From: a virus
Length of the DNA: 64,000 bases
IMG/VR virus record: IMGVR_UViG_3300039379_000022
Coordinates: 21,783 to 85,782 of that record
Strand: one strand, 5' to 3'
Positions 51,633-62,442 of the stretch are shown here, one piece after another (the first letter of the stretch is position 1; every line of letters begins with the position of its first letter). The position numbers and the translations under genes are program-made. Under the pieces are notes generated by a model that was not told the DNA's origin, searched no databases, and saw nothing but the letters and a program-made list of their open reading frames with translations.

Positions 51633-51670
51633 ATGCATTTCGCAAAAAAAACAGGAATTACATGGAGTAA
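51633..51670. terminator. bidirectional intrinsic terminator
   Basis: A8 - aggaattac-atgga-gtaattcct - T-run. Confidence 0.65.
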
Positions 51671-51701
51671 TTCCTATTTAAAGAATATAATAAACTCAAT
51701 T

Positions 51702-52196
51702 TTATGAATTAGCTATTTTAAGAATGATTGATTTTATTTTAGTTACTCCATATATTTTTTCATATACTGCCACAATTTTATCCGCCATCGTGATTGACCA
51801 TCCAATTCTGCTTGTAGGAATTCTTCCAATCGGAAACATATGTGATAGGATGGCATTCTCCTCTTCCTTGGATAAATTCCATTTCTTTGAATTTTCGATT
51901 GCTTCTTTTGGATGATAGAAAATGTAAAGTCCTTCATGGTCATTTTTCTTATTATAATCCACCATACAGAAGTCATGAAGAAGGGCAGCCTTGATTGCCT
52001 TCTTTTGGTCCGCATTTAGTTTATCAGCAATTTTTCCTGTAAGTAATGCCACTCGGATACTATGGTCATATGTATTTGTGAATGTATGTCTTTGGATTGA
52101 TTTTAATTTTTGATAATCTTCATCATTGGTAATATATGAATAATCTTTTAGTAATCTGATTGAATCATTTGATAAATTCATTCTTATCCCTCCCAA
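51702..52196 (-). CDS. HD-domain phosphohydrolase
   Basis: HSIRVALL...ALLHDFCMVD HD motifs. Confidence 0.55.
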   Translation of the reverse strand: MGGIRMNLSNDSIRLLKDYSYITNDEDYQKLKSIQRHTFTNTYDHSIRVALLTGKIADKLNADQKKAIKAALLHDFCMVDYNKKNDHEGLYIFYHPKEAIENSKKWNLSKEEENAILSHMFPIGRIPTSRIGWSITMADKIVAVYEKIYGVTKIKSIILKIANS

Positions 52197-52268
52197 ATTT
52201 TATTATGTATGATTCAAAAAATATTTATTTCGTCTTGATTCAAACATTATAGATTTGAGGAGGAGTCT

Positions 52269-52811
52269 ATGAAAAAATTAATTTTGATTGGCGGTGTTCC
52301 TGGTACAGGAAAAACCACTTTAGCCTACCAGACGGCTATTGAGCAGCACATTGATAAAGTCGTAAGTGTTGATATCCTCAAAGGATTATTTCAGTTATAT
52401 CACACCAAAGAAGAAAAACCTTATCTTTATACTACGACACATGAAGCGTATCAACTTGAACATACAGATGTCATTACTGGATATATAAGACATTGTGATT
52501 GTATGCAGAATTTGTTATTTGATTACATTCCATATTTAATGAATGATGAAGTTGCCATCATGGAAGGTGCGCAGCTAACGCCTTCTTTTCTTGACAAATT
52601 AGTATCCTATGATTTTAAAACCGAGTATATCCATTTATGGCTGAACAAGGATGAACTTTTAACTCGCTATGCAGAGAAAAGTAAAATGAGAACCTATGGC
52701 TGGAAAGAAAATATTGATTCAATTTTATCGATTCAGGACTACTTAGGCTCTGAATGCGAATTATTTGAAAACAAAAACCATGGAGGTAATTATGAAATAT
52801 TATATTTATAA
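52269..52811 (+). CDS. P-loop NTPase / small kinase-like protein
   Basis: Walker A GGVPGTGKTTLA at the N-terminus; ~180 aa. Confidence 0.5.
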   Translation: MKKLILIGGVPGTGKTTLAYQTAIEQHIDKVVSVDILKGLFQLYHTKEEKPYLYTTTHEAYQLEHTDVITGYIRHCDCMQNLLFDYIPYLMNDEVAIMEGAQLTPSFLDKLVSYDFKTEYIHLWLNKDELLTRYAEKSKMRTYGWKENIDSILSIQDYLGSECELFENKNHGGNYEILYL

Positions 52812-53967
52812 TAATGAGACATGTGCCAGAGTTAACCTGTATGGTTCTGACATCGAACAGCTATTCCATATAAACGGTTGGAGTAAAACAAAGGATATAA
52901 GGATGGCTAATATTGTGATTGTAAACACATGCAGTTTCCTTAAGAGCAAGGAAAACTATTTCCTTAATCTAATAAAGAAAATTCATTCTAATTTAAGGCC
53001 AAAACAACGGATATTGATTATCGGTTGTCTTGGTTCAATCTGCCGAAATGACATACTGAAAATCAATCCTGATATTTTAATCTTCGGACGGGATAAAAGT
53101 GAAATAAAGACATTTTTCGACTTCACGGAAGATACACAGGCATCTGCCGTACATATAAAAGAAGATATACCGTTAAATAAACGGGTCCTTAATTTCTTAA
53201 ACGATACACTGATTCATAGCAAACATATAGAATTCCGATTAAAGAAAGAAAATGTATGCTATATCCAAATATCAACCGGTTGTAGAGGAGTCTGTACCTA
53301 TTGCAGTGAAAAATTTACAACAAAGCTTCACAGTACTCCTATTTCAGAGATCATCATGGCAATTAAAAAAGGAATCAGAAATGGGTATACTTTGTTTTCA
53401 TTAAGTTCTGATGATGCCTCTGCTTATGGATATGATATAGGGACTAATTTAGATAACCTTCTTTCAGAAATCATAAAAATAGATAATAAAGAAATCTCAT
53501 TTATTATACCTGAATTCAATCCAAACGGAATTACCGAAAAAACAATAGAACTGCTTAAGGATCCACGCTTTTTATATATAACCATACCAATCCAATCCGG
53601 TAGCCAGAAGATCCTTGACCGGATGAAACGGCCCTATATGATTCAGGATGTCGTAAACAAAATAAGACGAATCAAAAAAAACAATCCAAATATAATGATT
53701 AATTCCCATTTGATAGTAGGGTTTCCAGGTGAAACAGAATCTGATTTTGCAAAAACCATGATATTAGTACAGACAGGTTTTTTGGATCGTGTGAAAGTTT
53801 TTAAATATAGTAAAAGACCTGGAACGGAAGCAGCTAACTATCCAAATCAAATAAGTGAACAAAAAAAGGAAGAACGAGCAATAGCCTTACTGAAAGCAAT
53901 CAAAAAAATGAATTTAAAGAAAAAGTCACTCACTAATTTAATATTAAATATGGATCAAATAAAATAG
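52792..53967 (+). CDS. radical-SAM methylthiotransferase (MiaB/RimO/MtaB family), no obvious TRAM domain
   Basis: N-terminal Cys triad (ETCARV, NTCSF, GCLGS); radical SAM CRGVCTYC; start overlaps the upstream gene by 20 nt; RBS ggaggt. Confidence 0.7.
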   Translation: MKYYIYNNETCARVNLYGSDIEQLFHINGWSKTKDIRMANIVIVNTCSFLKSKENYFLNLIKKIHSNLRPKQRILIIGCLGSICRNDILKINPDILIFGRDKSEIKTFFDFTEDTQASAVHIKEDIPLNKRVLNFLNDTLIHSKHIEFRLKKENVCYIQISTGCRGVCTYCSEKFTTKLHSTPISEIIMAIKKGIRNGYTLFSLSSDDASAYGYDIGTNLDNLLSEIIKIDNKEISFIIPEFNPNGITEKTIELLKDPRFLYITIPIQSGSQKILDRMKRPYMIQDVVNKIRRIKKNNPNIMINSHLIVGFPGETESDFAKTMILVQTGFLDRVKVFKYSKRPGTEAANYPNQISEQKKEERAIALLKAIKKMNLKKKSLTNLILNMDQIK

Positions 53968-53978
53968 AAGGAGGTATT

Positions 53979-54812
53979 ATGAGCTTAGATTATATAAAAG
54001 ACATGGATGATAATTTTTGGATTGTCACTTATCAATATAATCATGATTTCTATGGCTATCCTGTTTATATGGTTGATGAGCATGGTGACCGTCATCATCC
54101 AGAGAGTGGATTAACATATAAAAAATGTTTAGAGTCTTACAAAAAAATACCTAATCATTATAAATGTATATATCATCCAAAAGATTGTTATGTGGCACAA
54201 AAAGATAATTTACCTGATATTTGGAAAAAGTTCATAGAGGCATTACATATAATTAGCATAGATGATTCCAGTTTAGGAATTTTCGGTTCAACCTTATGTG
54301 GTTTTCCAGTTATCAAAGATGTGGATTTTATAATATATGGAAAAGAGAATTTGGAAAAATATCATGAAAACCAATTATTTGTAAAAGCTTATATGGGTGC
54401 TGACTATATTTCAAAAGAGCACGTAGAATATCAATATGAAAAGTACAAACATTTGTATTCATCTAAAATGGATTTAAAGCATATCTTGTCAAACAATTGG
54501 AGTGGTCTACAATTAAGTAACGGAGTCCTATCGACACCACGCTTTATTATTGATGAGAATTTTGATATACCTGAAATAACGGGTGGCAATGAAATGATAG
54601 TCGGGACTGTATACAATAGCCTTACTTCCTCATGTGCACCTAAAGTCTTTAATGTTACTACAGAAAAAGGCAATTATACAGTAGTTACACCGTTTTGGAT
54701 GCTTCAAAGTTGTGTTCGGGATGATGATAAAATAAAATTGTTCGGAAAAATTGATCATGTAAAAAAAATAATATTACTCATAACAAAAGAACATTATCTT
54801 CAATATGAATAA
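53979..54812 (+). CDS. nucleotidyltransferase-fold protein (pol-beta-like minimal NTase)
   Basis: GIFGSTLCG...DVDFIIYG (G-S ... D-x-D pattern); 11-nt gap to the upstream gene. Confidence 0.4.
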   Translation: MSLDYIKDMDDNFWIVTYQYNHDFYGYPVYMVDEHGDRHHPESGLTYKKCLESYKKIPNHYKCIYHPKDCYVAQKDNLPDIWKKFIEALHIISIDDSSLGIFGSTLCGFPVIKDVDFIIYGKENLEKYHENQLFVKAYMGADYISKEHVEYQYEKYKHLYSSKMDLKHILSNNWSGLQLSNGVLSTPRFIIDENFDIPEITGGNEMIVGTVYNSLTSSCAPKVFNVTTEKGNYTVVTPFWMLQSCVRDDDKIKLFGKIDHVKKIILLITKEHYLQYE

Positions 54813-54839
54813 AAGAAAGGGAGGAATAATCCTCTCTTT

Positions 54840-55532
54840 CTATGATTTCTCAAACACTTCTATCTGTTTTAGTTTTCTATAATCCACTACTATTTCGTTT
54901 TCATATTTAAAATAGGCGAGCACATCTTCTTTCTTAATAACTGCTTGGTAGATAATTCCTTCCTCTGAAAATCTATTCGCAAAAAATCTTGCTACTGAAA
55001 TATCTGGTGTCCATGAAAGTCCTTTAATTGGATGACCAGTTGTCCTATTAACTCCTCTATACACGGTCACATTATCTTCTAGATTGTTGAAAATAAGTAA
55101 TTCTTCTTCGTTCATTAATTCTTCTGGTTTGTACTTTTTAAAATAGTTAACGTACTGATTCCTTGTTATATTGGCATCAACATTCACAGTTTCTGTACTT
55201 AACCACAGCGTCTTTAAAAATTGTGCTGCATCCTCATCTGAAGCCAGATGATTTGTATATTTAAAAAATGCGGAACGATATGGTTTCGTTATTAGAACAG
55301 AAAAATCAGAATATTTTTTTATACGCTTAATCCTTTCTTTACATATTTCAATAAATCTTTCATGATTCTCTATTTTTGTAATATCGATGATACTGCCATC
55401 CGGATATCCTAAATATGGAGAATCTGTATATGGATGAGAAACAATAAAACCAATATCTGTCGGTTTGATATCACAATATATAAAAGTCTCTGCGACTTCT
55501 TTTATTTTTTCCAGTCTTGTAATCTTTTTCAT
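54840..55532 (-). CDS. hypothetical protein
   Basis: 230-aa ORF. Confidence 0.4.
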   Translation of the reverse strand: MKKITRLEKIKEVAETFIYCDIKPTDIGFIVSHPYTDSPYLGYPDGSIIDITKIENHERFIEICKERIKRIKKYSDFSVLITKPYRSAFFKYTNHLASDEDAAQFLKTLWLSTETVNVDANITRNQYVNYFKKYKPEELMNEEELLIFNNLEDNVTVYRGVNRTTGHPIKGLSWTPDISVARFFANRFSEEGIIYQAVIKKEDVLAYFKYENEIVVDYRKLKQIEVFEKS

Positions 55533-55706
55533 TTATTTGTTTTCTCTAACCATATTCTAATTAAAACAGTATTTATGTAATGCAGTATACTATATATAAC
55601 AACGAAAATCAATGTATTATTGGATTTGTCGGAATCATGATAATATAAAATAGGCCATGTGGCCTATTTTTCTTTTCCAATTAATTTATCAGGTTTTATG
55701 ATATGA

Positions 55707-55730
55707 AAAGCTCACTCAAGGTGAGCTTTT
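55707..55730 (-). terminator. intrinsic terminator of 2165-aa protein gene
   Basis: aaagctcac-tcaag-gtgagcttt; second hairpin taggcca-tggccta at 55645-55670. Confidence 0.6.
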
Positions 55731-55732
55731 CG

Positions 55733-58700
55733 TTATCTTGTGATTACTACACCATTTACCGTCCATTCGCCGTTTTCATTCACCATATATCCGTCCGGTG
55801 TCTGGCAGTTTCTAAACAGTCTGCCTCGTGTTCCATCGGATGCTGTATTAAAATAGTAACATCTTTCAAGTCCATCTGCACCTTTAACCCAGTTCCATCC
55901 TGTGAACATACGTCCAAGTGTGTTATCCGATACTGGGTTCAAGTAGTAAAGATTTCCGTCTGCTGGGTCAACAAACCAGCCTGTCAGCATGAATCCGTCT
56001 GCGTCAAATCTGAACCAGTCGAATGTACTCTGTCCTAACTTTGTATCAGCATATGGGTTTGATACTGCAGCCCATTCGTTTGCGTAAGTTCTTCCAGATG
56101 TAAATAACCATTTTCCGTTAGCAGCCTGTGTCCACTGACCTGACACAACATAAGATGGAAGTGTGGTATTTTGGGTCTTAGTACCCGAAGGTGTTACTCC
56201 AGTGGAACCTCCGCCACCACCGCTACTGTGGCCACCGCCACCACCTCCTCCGCCACCACCTGATGACGAATACGTGTTATCGATATATTTAAGGTTAATC
56301 TTTACATTGCACTGGTCTGCCATTCTTCCGTCGTTCGAAGATGCTGAAATAATGGCATTGGTCGTGGATATATATTTTGAGCCATTTTCGTAATATGGAT
56401 TCCTAATGGCATTCTTAATGAATGCGGATGCTTCATTGTTAAATGTTGTTGCATCGGTTTTTGAAGGTGTCACAAATTTAATATTACCATCCTGGTCAAC
56501 CGTTAATAGGGTGCCATCGGATGTTGTGAATACGATTCCTTTTTCATTCTCATCTGCTGAATTTATGATGGCTGAAACAGCTGTCCCTAAATCGCCACTG
56601 AACGTATAGGTTGGGTTTGAACGGTTTCCTGTAGCAGTCAGGGTCACATTCATCTCTTTTGAATTCTCGCTCATTTCAACATCTTCATATTTGAAGTTGA
56701 CTAGTACATTGCAGCTATCCTTTATTGTGCCTTCTTTATTGGCTACATTAATTGCGACTCTCTTCTGTCCGGCATATTTGCCTTCTGATACAATCTGGCT
56801 CATCCAGTCTGCATTTATGATTGGTTCAATGTTTCCAGCATCATCGACTTTTACGATAGATGCGTCTTCGCTGGTCCAGTATGGATTGTTATCTAATCCA
56901 GGTTCTACATATACTTTTGCATTGAGCTTACGGATATCGTTTCCGCTCCAGAATACGCTTGGATTATTGGTCCTTGATGTCTGTGTCAATACAATATCAT
57001 ATACCTGCTCATTCTTATCTACAATCGCCTGATCATATCTGAAATTAACCGTAATCTGGCAAGTATCGGCAGTTGCTCCTGTAACCGGATGTGATGCTGT
57101 AATTGTTGCTGTCTTCGTACCGCTATGGGCTGTATCTCCATAAACCTGTGCACTCTCAATCATTTCTTTCATCCATGTTTCCTTGTTAATGGATACGTTT
57201 CCGTCTGCATCAACCGTCACAACACTTTCGTCAGAAGATGACCACTTAGGAGTTACGTCTTTTCCGCTTTCATCATAGATATGGGCAGTCAGTTTGATTG
57301 ATGAATCTCCTGTCCAGTGTGATTTTGAGGAATTGGTCTGGCTATCCTGTGTATAAACCACATCAAAGGTTTCTGAATCAGACTCAATCACAGCTTTGTC
57401 ATATCTAAAGTTGATTGTCACTTTATAACTATCAGTTGTAACTTTTCCATCAATTTCTTTCTTTGCGGTTACGATTCCACTTACACTGCCTTTTGTCAGG
57501 TTAGCACTAATGATGTCTTCCCAATTTCCTTTAATCGGTACCAGATAACCATTTCCATCAACCTTTGCATAGTTTGTAATTTCACCTGACAGTTCATAGC
57601 TTGCATCATTTTCTTTTACGCCATCTTTGGAATATGTGGTGTTACTTAACTTTGCAATACCATAAGACCATTTACGTGTTTCAGGGTTATTAACTGAGTA
57701 ATTGCCTTGTGTTGCAACCACATCCAGGGTAATCATTCTGTCTTTTACAGATGCTTTCTTGACATCGTGTGTCTCTGATGCCGTATCAGGTGTAACTACG
57801 TCTGGTGATGCAGTATATCCTGCTGGCAATTCTGTAATTGTATTTGCAGACATATCGGTTCCTTCATAGCGGAAGTCTACAGTTACTGGGATTTCCTGTA
57901 CGGATGAACCATTTGCAGTTTTCGCTTTTACTACAAGTTTTTGTGTTCCCTTATTTCCAGATGCCCTGTTATTAATGATTTCTTTAATCCAGTTTGCATC
58001 TTTGTTTACATTTACGTATTTACTGTTAGTTACGCTTCTAAACATTGAATCGTTGATTGATATGATTCCACTGCTGATCTTATCGCCATTTTCATCGTAA
58101 ATAGTAAATTGTGGCGTTTCATCTGTTCCTGTTGCTGTTGCCTCAATCAATTGGCCGTCTGTTCCATACCATGTCTGTTTTTCAACAATATCTGTGTCTG
58201 CAAGACTTGTTGCAGTATCTTTTGTCAGAACTGTCTCAAATTTAATTGAATCTGTTGTTTCTGCATCAACTGCCTGCGCAACAAATGTAACATTGATGTC
58301 TTTATAGGCTACTAAATCACCATTTCGGTTTGATGTTGCAATGATTCTTACTGGTACTGTAGTACCATCAAGCCTTCCACTTGAAATCAGGCTCTGAATC
58401 CATGGTGAATATCCCAAATCAGTCTGGTCTTTTGTATCACCAAATCCTCTTACAGTTATCTGGCCTGTTTGTGGATCAATGCTTAGTACATCGTTCACAT
58501 CCAAGTTTGAGCCATCTCCTGCTTTTGGATTTGCTAATGACCAAGTGACAGAATCATCATATGGTTGATAATCCGGATTGGTATTGTCTTTCTCAGGTGT
58601 TACAGTAGCAGTCAGTTTTTGTCCAAGACCATTTGTAAGCGGCGTGGCGCTGACATCATTTGTTCTGGTAATAACCCGGCTGGTAATCTCGGAATTTCTA

Positions 58701-61700
58701 TCTCCTTTGAATGTGTAGTTGATCTTGTAGCCACCAACATTACTCTCATTATCAATCTTGACTGCTTCAGGCATGATTTCCGTATTATCTACAGTCTTAA
58801 AATTAACTACTACCTTACAAGTGTCTGTTACTGAATTGGTGTTGTCATCATGAGCTGTTACCTTTACATATTTTTCATAACTGGTTGTTGTGTCAGGTAC
58901 TTTCCGTAATTCATTTGTGTAAATCCTATCCTGGTCCGAAACAATTGGAGCAATGGTCGCGTTATCGCAGCTTGTGGATGTGATTCCCTTTAAAGTCACA
59001 GAAGCATTATAATATGCCTTGTCTCCAGTTCCTGTTACGGCCACATTGATAGTACCATCATCTGTCGTATTTTCATCATTTTCTACAGCTTCGTTTTTAC
59101 TATCTTCAAATGATTCTCCTGATTTTGGTGTTGTTAAATACCACTTAACCTTATTGTTATTGAAATAATCAGGGTCAAAGGTTGCTGTTAATGCTGATAC
59201 AGCATTTGTATTGCTATCTGCCGTTTCACCATTAATGGAGTACTGAACAGTTGGATTTTTTCTATCTCCAGATAATGTTCTTACTACATTATATGTTATT
59301 GCATTTTTGTCCATTGCAACACTATTGACAGATACCCGTGTATTATCTTTGATATTAAAGTTGATATCAATATCAAGTGTTCCTACTGGAGGATCTGTTG
59401 GGTCAATACCGTCACCGCTCTGTGCTGTACCGGTAATGAGTGCATGGTAATTGTATGGACTATTTGTTGTAATTGAGTTCTTATTACCTTCTGCTCTTTG
59501 CTGTTCCCTTAATTCATCTGCTTTTTTCTTCATTTCTGAGTCAGCAATATTAAGCGTGAATTTAGCATTTTTATCTGCTGCTAACCCATTTGCACCAACT
59601 GCATTGTTAACGATTTTTGTGTTAGCCGTGTTATCAGTTGACCAAATAAGGTTAAACATATCATTCGTCTGGTCGTTGATGAGCGAATCAATATAGAAAT
59701 AAGGATTGCTTCCATCTGTTTTTAAGACAATGTTTTCCCATCTGTTTCCATTACCATCCGTAATAACACTACCATTTTCATCTTTAGCTGTTGCCAGCCA
59801 CTTAATGGTTGGGTTATCCCTGTCGCCACTTCTTTCCTGTGTGATTTCAAATGTAACATGAGAAGGATTTAAAGTAACTGCTTTTGCTGCAGCCTTATAT
59901 TTAGCTCCAATAACCGTATCCGATTCTGGCATTGTTAACCAATATCCGCCATCATTGTAAAGTCCCTCTAATTCTTCATTCACATATCCAAATTCACCAT
60001 ATGTATTGTATGAATAATATGGGTTTGGTGTTTCATCTGGATCCAAACGGAATTGCACATTACCATTTGACTGGTTCTTAAATGAAACATATACCATGTC
60101 TCCAGCCTGATATGCACCGAGGTTATCTGCCGTCACAACCGGCTTATAACTGCCCTGTATTTGAGCCGTCACTTTTGCAGCTACGGTTCCATTAACCCTT
60201 GGCTCATTGATTGTTAAAAGGTATCCTCTGACTGGGTTACCCTGGTCATCTGCAGTATAATGGTTAATCACGAAATTGTTCTTATTATTTCCCTCTTTCA
60301 TGATATTAAGGATTCCGTCTTCAAGCACATCATAGAAATAATCCGTAGATGGGCTCGTATTTGAACCAGTGATAAGCGTATATTTCTTGTCAGAACTATG
60401 CCAATAGCCAATGTGTGCGTCAAGGCCATAATTGGTGTCATCCTGTAATTTTGAACCGCAAATTCCAGTATTTGCCTTAGATTCATTATCTGCAAACAGA
60501 TATGCTATATTACCGTTTTCGCCATATGTGAATCCGGCATTGTTGACACGTGTTCCGATAAAGCAGGCAGAATAATTATTGGTTGAAGAAGGACGGTTTA
60601 CTGTTCCTGAGAATCTGGCAACCTTAATCTGTCCACCATCATATCCGCCTACAATACCACCATTTGCATATGCCGCTGAATCACCAATTTCACCTTTTTC
60701 CATTTCAGCATTATAGATATCAGAGTTTTTCAGTATACCGACAATACCGCCAGAATAGGTTAGACTGTTTCCGTAAATGTGATTACCAGCACCCGAATTC
60801 GTGCTTACATAAACATCTGCGATTGTTGTATTTTTAGCATATCCTGCGATTCCGCCTACCGCTCCATACTGTCCATCATTTTCAATGCTGTATACACCTA
60901 CATCTTCGGCATTACAATCTTCAATGACTGACTTTCTTACACCGGCTGATGTTGAGGATGATTCAATATATCCAACAATTCCACCTACATTTCTTGTTCC
61001 CTTTACATGGCCTCGTACCGTACAGTTCTTGATTGTTGCATCGGTTGCCTTACCAGCTAAGATACCTGTATTTGTAGTTCCTTCAATTGTATTGCCTTCT
61101 GTCTCAATCAGTAAGTTTTCTACGGATGATCCAGCTCCAAGATAACCAAAGAAGCCTACATTTTCCTGTGCCTTAATCTGGCTGGAAATTTGTCCTGTAA
61201 TACCTAATGTGCTGCTGGTCTCAACACCAAAGTTGATGATTTCAGCGCCATCTTCTGCAGATAAATGTCCCTTAAAAGCCACATAGTTTCCGCCTGCATT
61301 TAATGGGAAACCAACTGGAATCCATGAGCCATTTAAGTCATAGGTACCTGCTTCGATACGATAGTACTTGTTGGAACTATCCTGTCCTTGTGCAACATAG
61401 GAAGCAAAACCTCTTAAATCATCAACGCTATTTAAGATATATGGGCTTTCCTGTGTACCATTTCCATCTGTTAGGAAATCCGCATTATCACCATATCCAT
61501 CTGGCCACATATTTCCAATCGCACTTAGTAATGAGATATTCATACTGTTGGCAATATAGTTTAATAGAGCCATTGCTGAATCAAAATCAGAATTCTTTAC
61601 ATATTCCATCACATGGTCATAATTGAATCCCATTGATTCACCATCACCTTTTACAAGGTAATCCATAAACCAGTCTATGAATTCATCTGATTCCATATCA

Positions 61701-62230
61701 AATGCAGGATATTCTTTTTGAGCATTCGAAGAAGTGGCCACCTTAATAGTCACCGAATCATACCAGTCTGAAAGTTCCTCGTCTGTTGCCTCAAGAATCC
61801 ATGTCCAGAATTCATCTGTTGCAAATTCAGGATATTCATCTTTTGCATCCTCTACAACTTCCTCTTCTCTTATCTCTTCTTCCACTGTTTCCTTTGTGTC
61901 CTCATCCTCAAAAGAGAAGTCCTCATCAGATAAATCCTTATCCTCCGCCGTTTCGGTTTCGGGAGTTGCATTTGATGAAGTTGCTATTTTAATTGTTTCC
62001 TCTTTATTGTCGTTGCCATTGTTGTCGTTATTTTTGTTTTCGCTGCCTGGTTCTAACTCCGGTGTAGCGTCAGTATTATCAACATCTAATTCCAGACTTG
62101 CATCACTTTGCAGAGGTGACGCAATTGATGTCAAAGCCATACTAGAGCTAAGAGCTACGACTAAACAGCCATTAATTCTCTTTTTCTTTTTCACTTTATG
62201 CCTCCTGATTAAATAATTAATTGGAATCAA
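55733..62230 (-). CDS. giant (2165 aa) secreted surface protein with acidic N-terminal region, Ig-like repeats, poly-Gly linker and C-terminal cell-wall-binding repeats
   Basis: signal peptide KKKKRINGCLVVALSSSMALTSIA; repeated INFRYD/VNFKYE modules; SSGGGGGGGGGGHSSGGGGGSTG; C-terminal GW/YY repeats. Confidence 0.75.
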   Translation of the reverse strand: MIPINYLIRRHKVKKKKRINGCLVVALSSSMALTSIASPLQSDASLELDVDNTDATPELEPGSENKNNDNNGNDNKEETIKIATSSNATPETETAEDKDLSDEDFSFEDEDTKETVEEEIREEEVVEDAKDEYPEFATDEFWTWILEATDEELSDWYDSVTIKVATSSNAQKEYPAFDMESDEFIDWFMDYLVKGDGESMGFNYDHVMEYVKNSDFDSAMALLNYIANSMNISLLSAIGNMWPDGYGDNADFLTDGNGTQESPYILNSVDDLRGFASYVAQGQDSSNKYYRIEAGTYDLNGSWIPVGFPLNAGGNYVAFKGHLSAEDGAEIINFGVETSSTLGITGQISSQIKAQENVGFFGYLGAGSSVENLLIETEGNTIEGTTNTGILAGKATDATIKNCTVRGHVKGTRNVGGIVGYIESSSTSAGVRKSVIEDCNAEDVGVYSIENDGQYGAVGGIAGYAKNTTIADVYVSTNSGAGNHIYGNSLTYSGGIVGILKNSDIYNAEMEKGEIGDSAAYANGGIVGGYDGGQIKVARFSGTVNRPSSTNNYSACFIGTRVNNAGFTYGENGNIAYLFADNESKANTGICGSKLQDDTNYGLDAHIGYWHSSDKKYTLITGSNTSPSTDYFYDVLEDGILNIMKEGNNKNNFVINHYTADDQGNPVRGYLLTINEPRVNGTVAAKVTAQIQGSYKPVVTADNLGAYQAGDMVYVSFKNQSNGNVQFRLDPDETPNPYYSYNTYGEFGYVNEELEGLYNDGGYWLTMPESDTVIGAKYKAAAKAVTLNPSHVTFEITQERSGDRDNPTIKWLATAKDENGSVITDGNGNRWENIVLKTDGSNPYFYIDSLINDQTNDMFNLIWSTDNTANTKIVNNAVGANGLAADKNAKFTLNIADSEMKKKADELREQQRAEGNKNSITTNSPYNYHALITGTAQSGDGIDPTDPPVGTLDIDINFNIKDNTRVSVNSVAMDKNAITYNVVRTLSGDRKNPTVQYSINGETADSNTNAVSALTATFDPDYFNNNKVKWYLTTPKSGESFEDSKNEAVENDENTTDDGTINVAVTGTGDKAYYNASVTLKGITSTSCDNATIAPIVSDQDRIYTNELRKVPDTTTSYEKYVKVTAHDDNTNSVTDTCKVVVNFKTVDNTEIMPEAVKIDNESNVGGYKINYTFKGDRNSEITSRVITRTNDVSATPLTNGLGQKLTATVTPEKDNTNPDYQPYDDSVTWSLANPKAGDGSNLDVNDVLSIDPQTGQITVRGFGDTKDQTDLGYSPWIQSLISSGRLDGTTVPVRIIATSNRNGDLVAYKDINVTFVAQAVDAETTDSIKFETVLTKDTATSLADTDIVEKQTWYGTDGQLIEATATGTDETPQFTIYDENGDKISSGIISINDSMFRSVTNSKYVNVNKDANWIKEIINNRASGNKGTQKLVVKAKTANGSSVQEIPVTVDFRYEGTDMSANTITELPAGYTASPDVVTPDTASETHDVKKASVKDRMITLDVVATQGNYSVNNPETRKWSYGIAKLSNTTYSKDGVKENDASYELSGEITNYAKVDGNGYLVPIKGNWEDIISANLTKGSVSGIVTAKKEIDGKVTTDSYKVTINFRYDKAVIESDSETFDVVYTQDSQTNSSKSHWTGDSSIKLTAHIYDESGKDVTPKWSSSDESVVTVDADGNVSINKETWMKEMIESAQVYGDTAHSGTKTATITASHPVTGATADTCQITVNFRYDQAIVDKNEQVYDIVLTQTSRTNNPSVFWSGNDIRKLNAKVYVEPGLDNNPYWTSEDASIVKVDDAGNIEPIINADWMSQIVSEGKYAGQKRVAINVANKEGTIKDSCNVLVNFKYEDVEMSENSKEMNVTLTATGNRSNPTYTFSGDLGTAVSAIINSADENEKGIVFTTSDGTLLTVDQDGNIKFVTPSKTDATTFNNEASAFIKNAIRNPYYENGSKYISTTNAIISASSNDGRMADQCNVKINLKYIDNTYSSSGGGGGGGGGGHSSGGGGGSTGVTPSGTKTQNTTLPSYVVSGQWTQAANGKWLFTSGRTYANEWAAVSNPYADTKLGQSTFDWFRFDADGFMLTGWFVDPADGNLYYLNPVSDNTLGRMFTGWNWVKGADGLERCYYFNTASDGTRGRLFRNCQTPDGYMVNENGEWTVNGVVITR

Positions 62231-62408
62231 CTACAAACATCTATGCAAGATGTTTCGTATTTCATCATTTTTATTATGTAATAAATTTTATTTTAGGTTC
62301 CATTTTTAAGGATATTTTTCTAAAAAATGGTTTATTCTAAAATCCATCACAAGTCATCTAACTTATTATGAAGGATAAATATAAAATATTTTCTTATTTT
62401 CTTATAAA

Positions 62409-62441
62409 AAGAAAAAGAACCCTCAAAAAGGGTCCTTTTCT
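62409..62441 (-). terminator. intrinsic terminator
   Basis: accct-caaaa-agggt hairpin with T-runs on the minus strand. Confidence 0.55.
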
Positions 62442-62442
62442 A

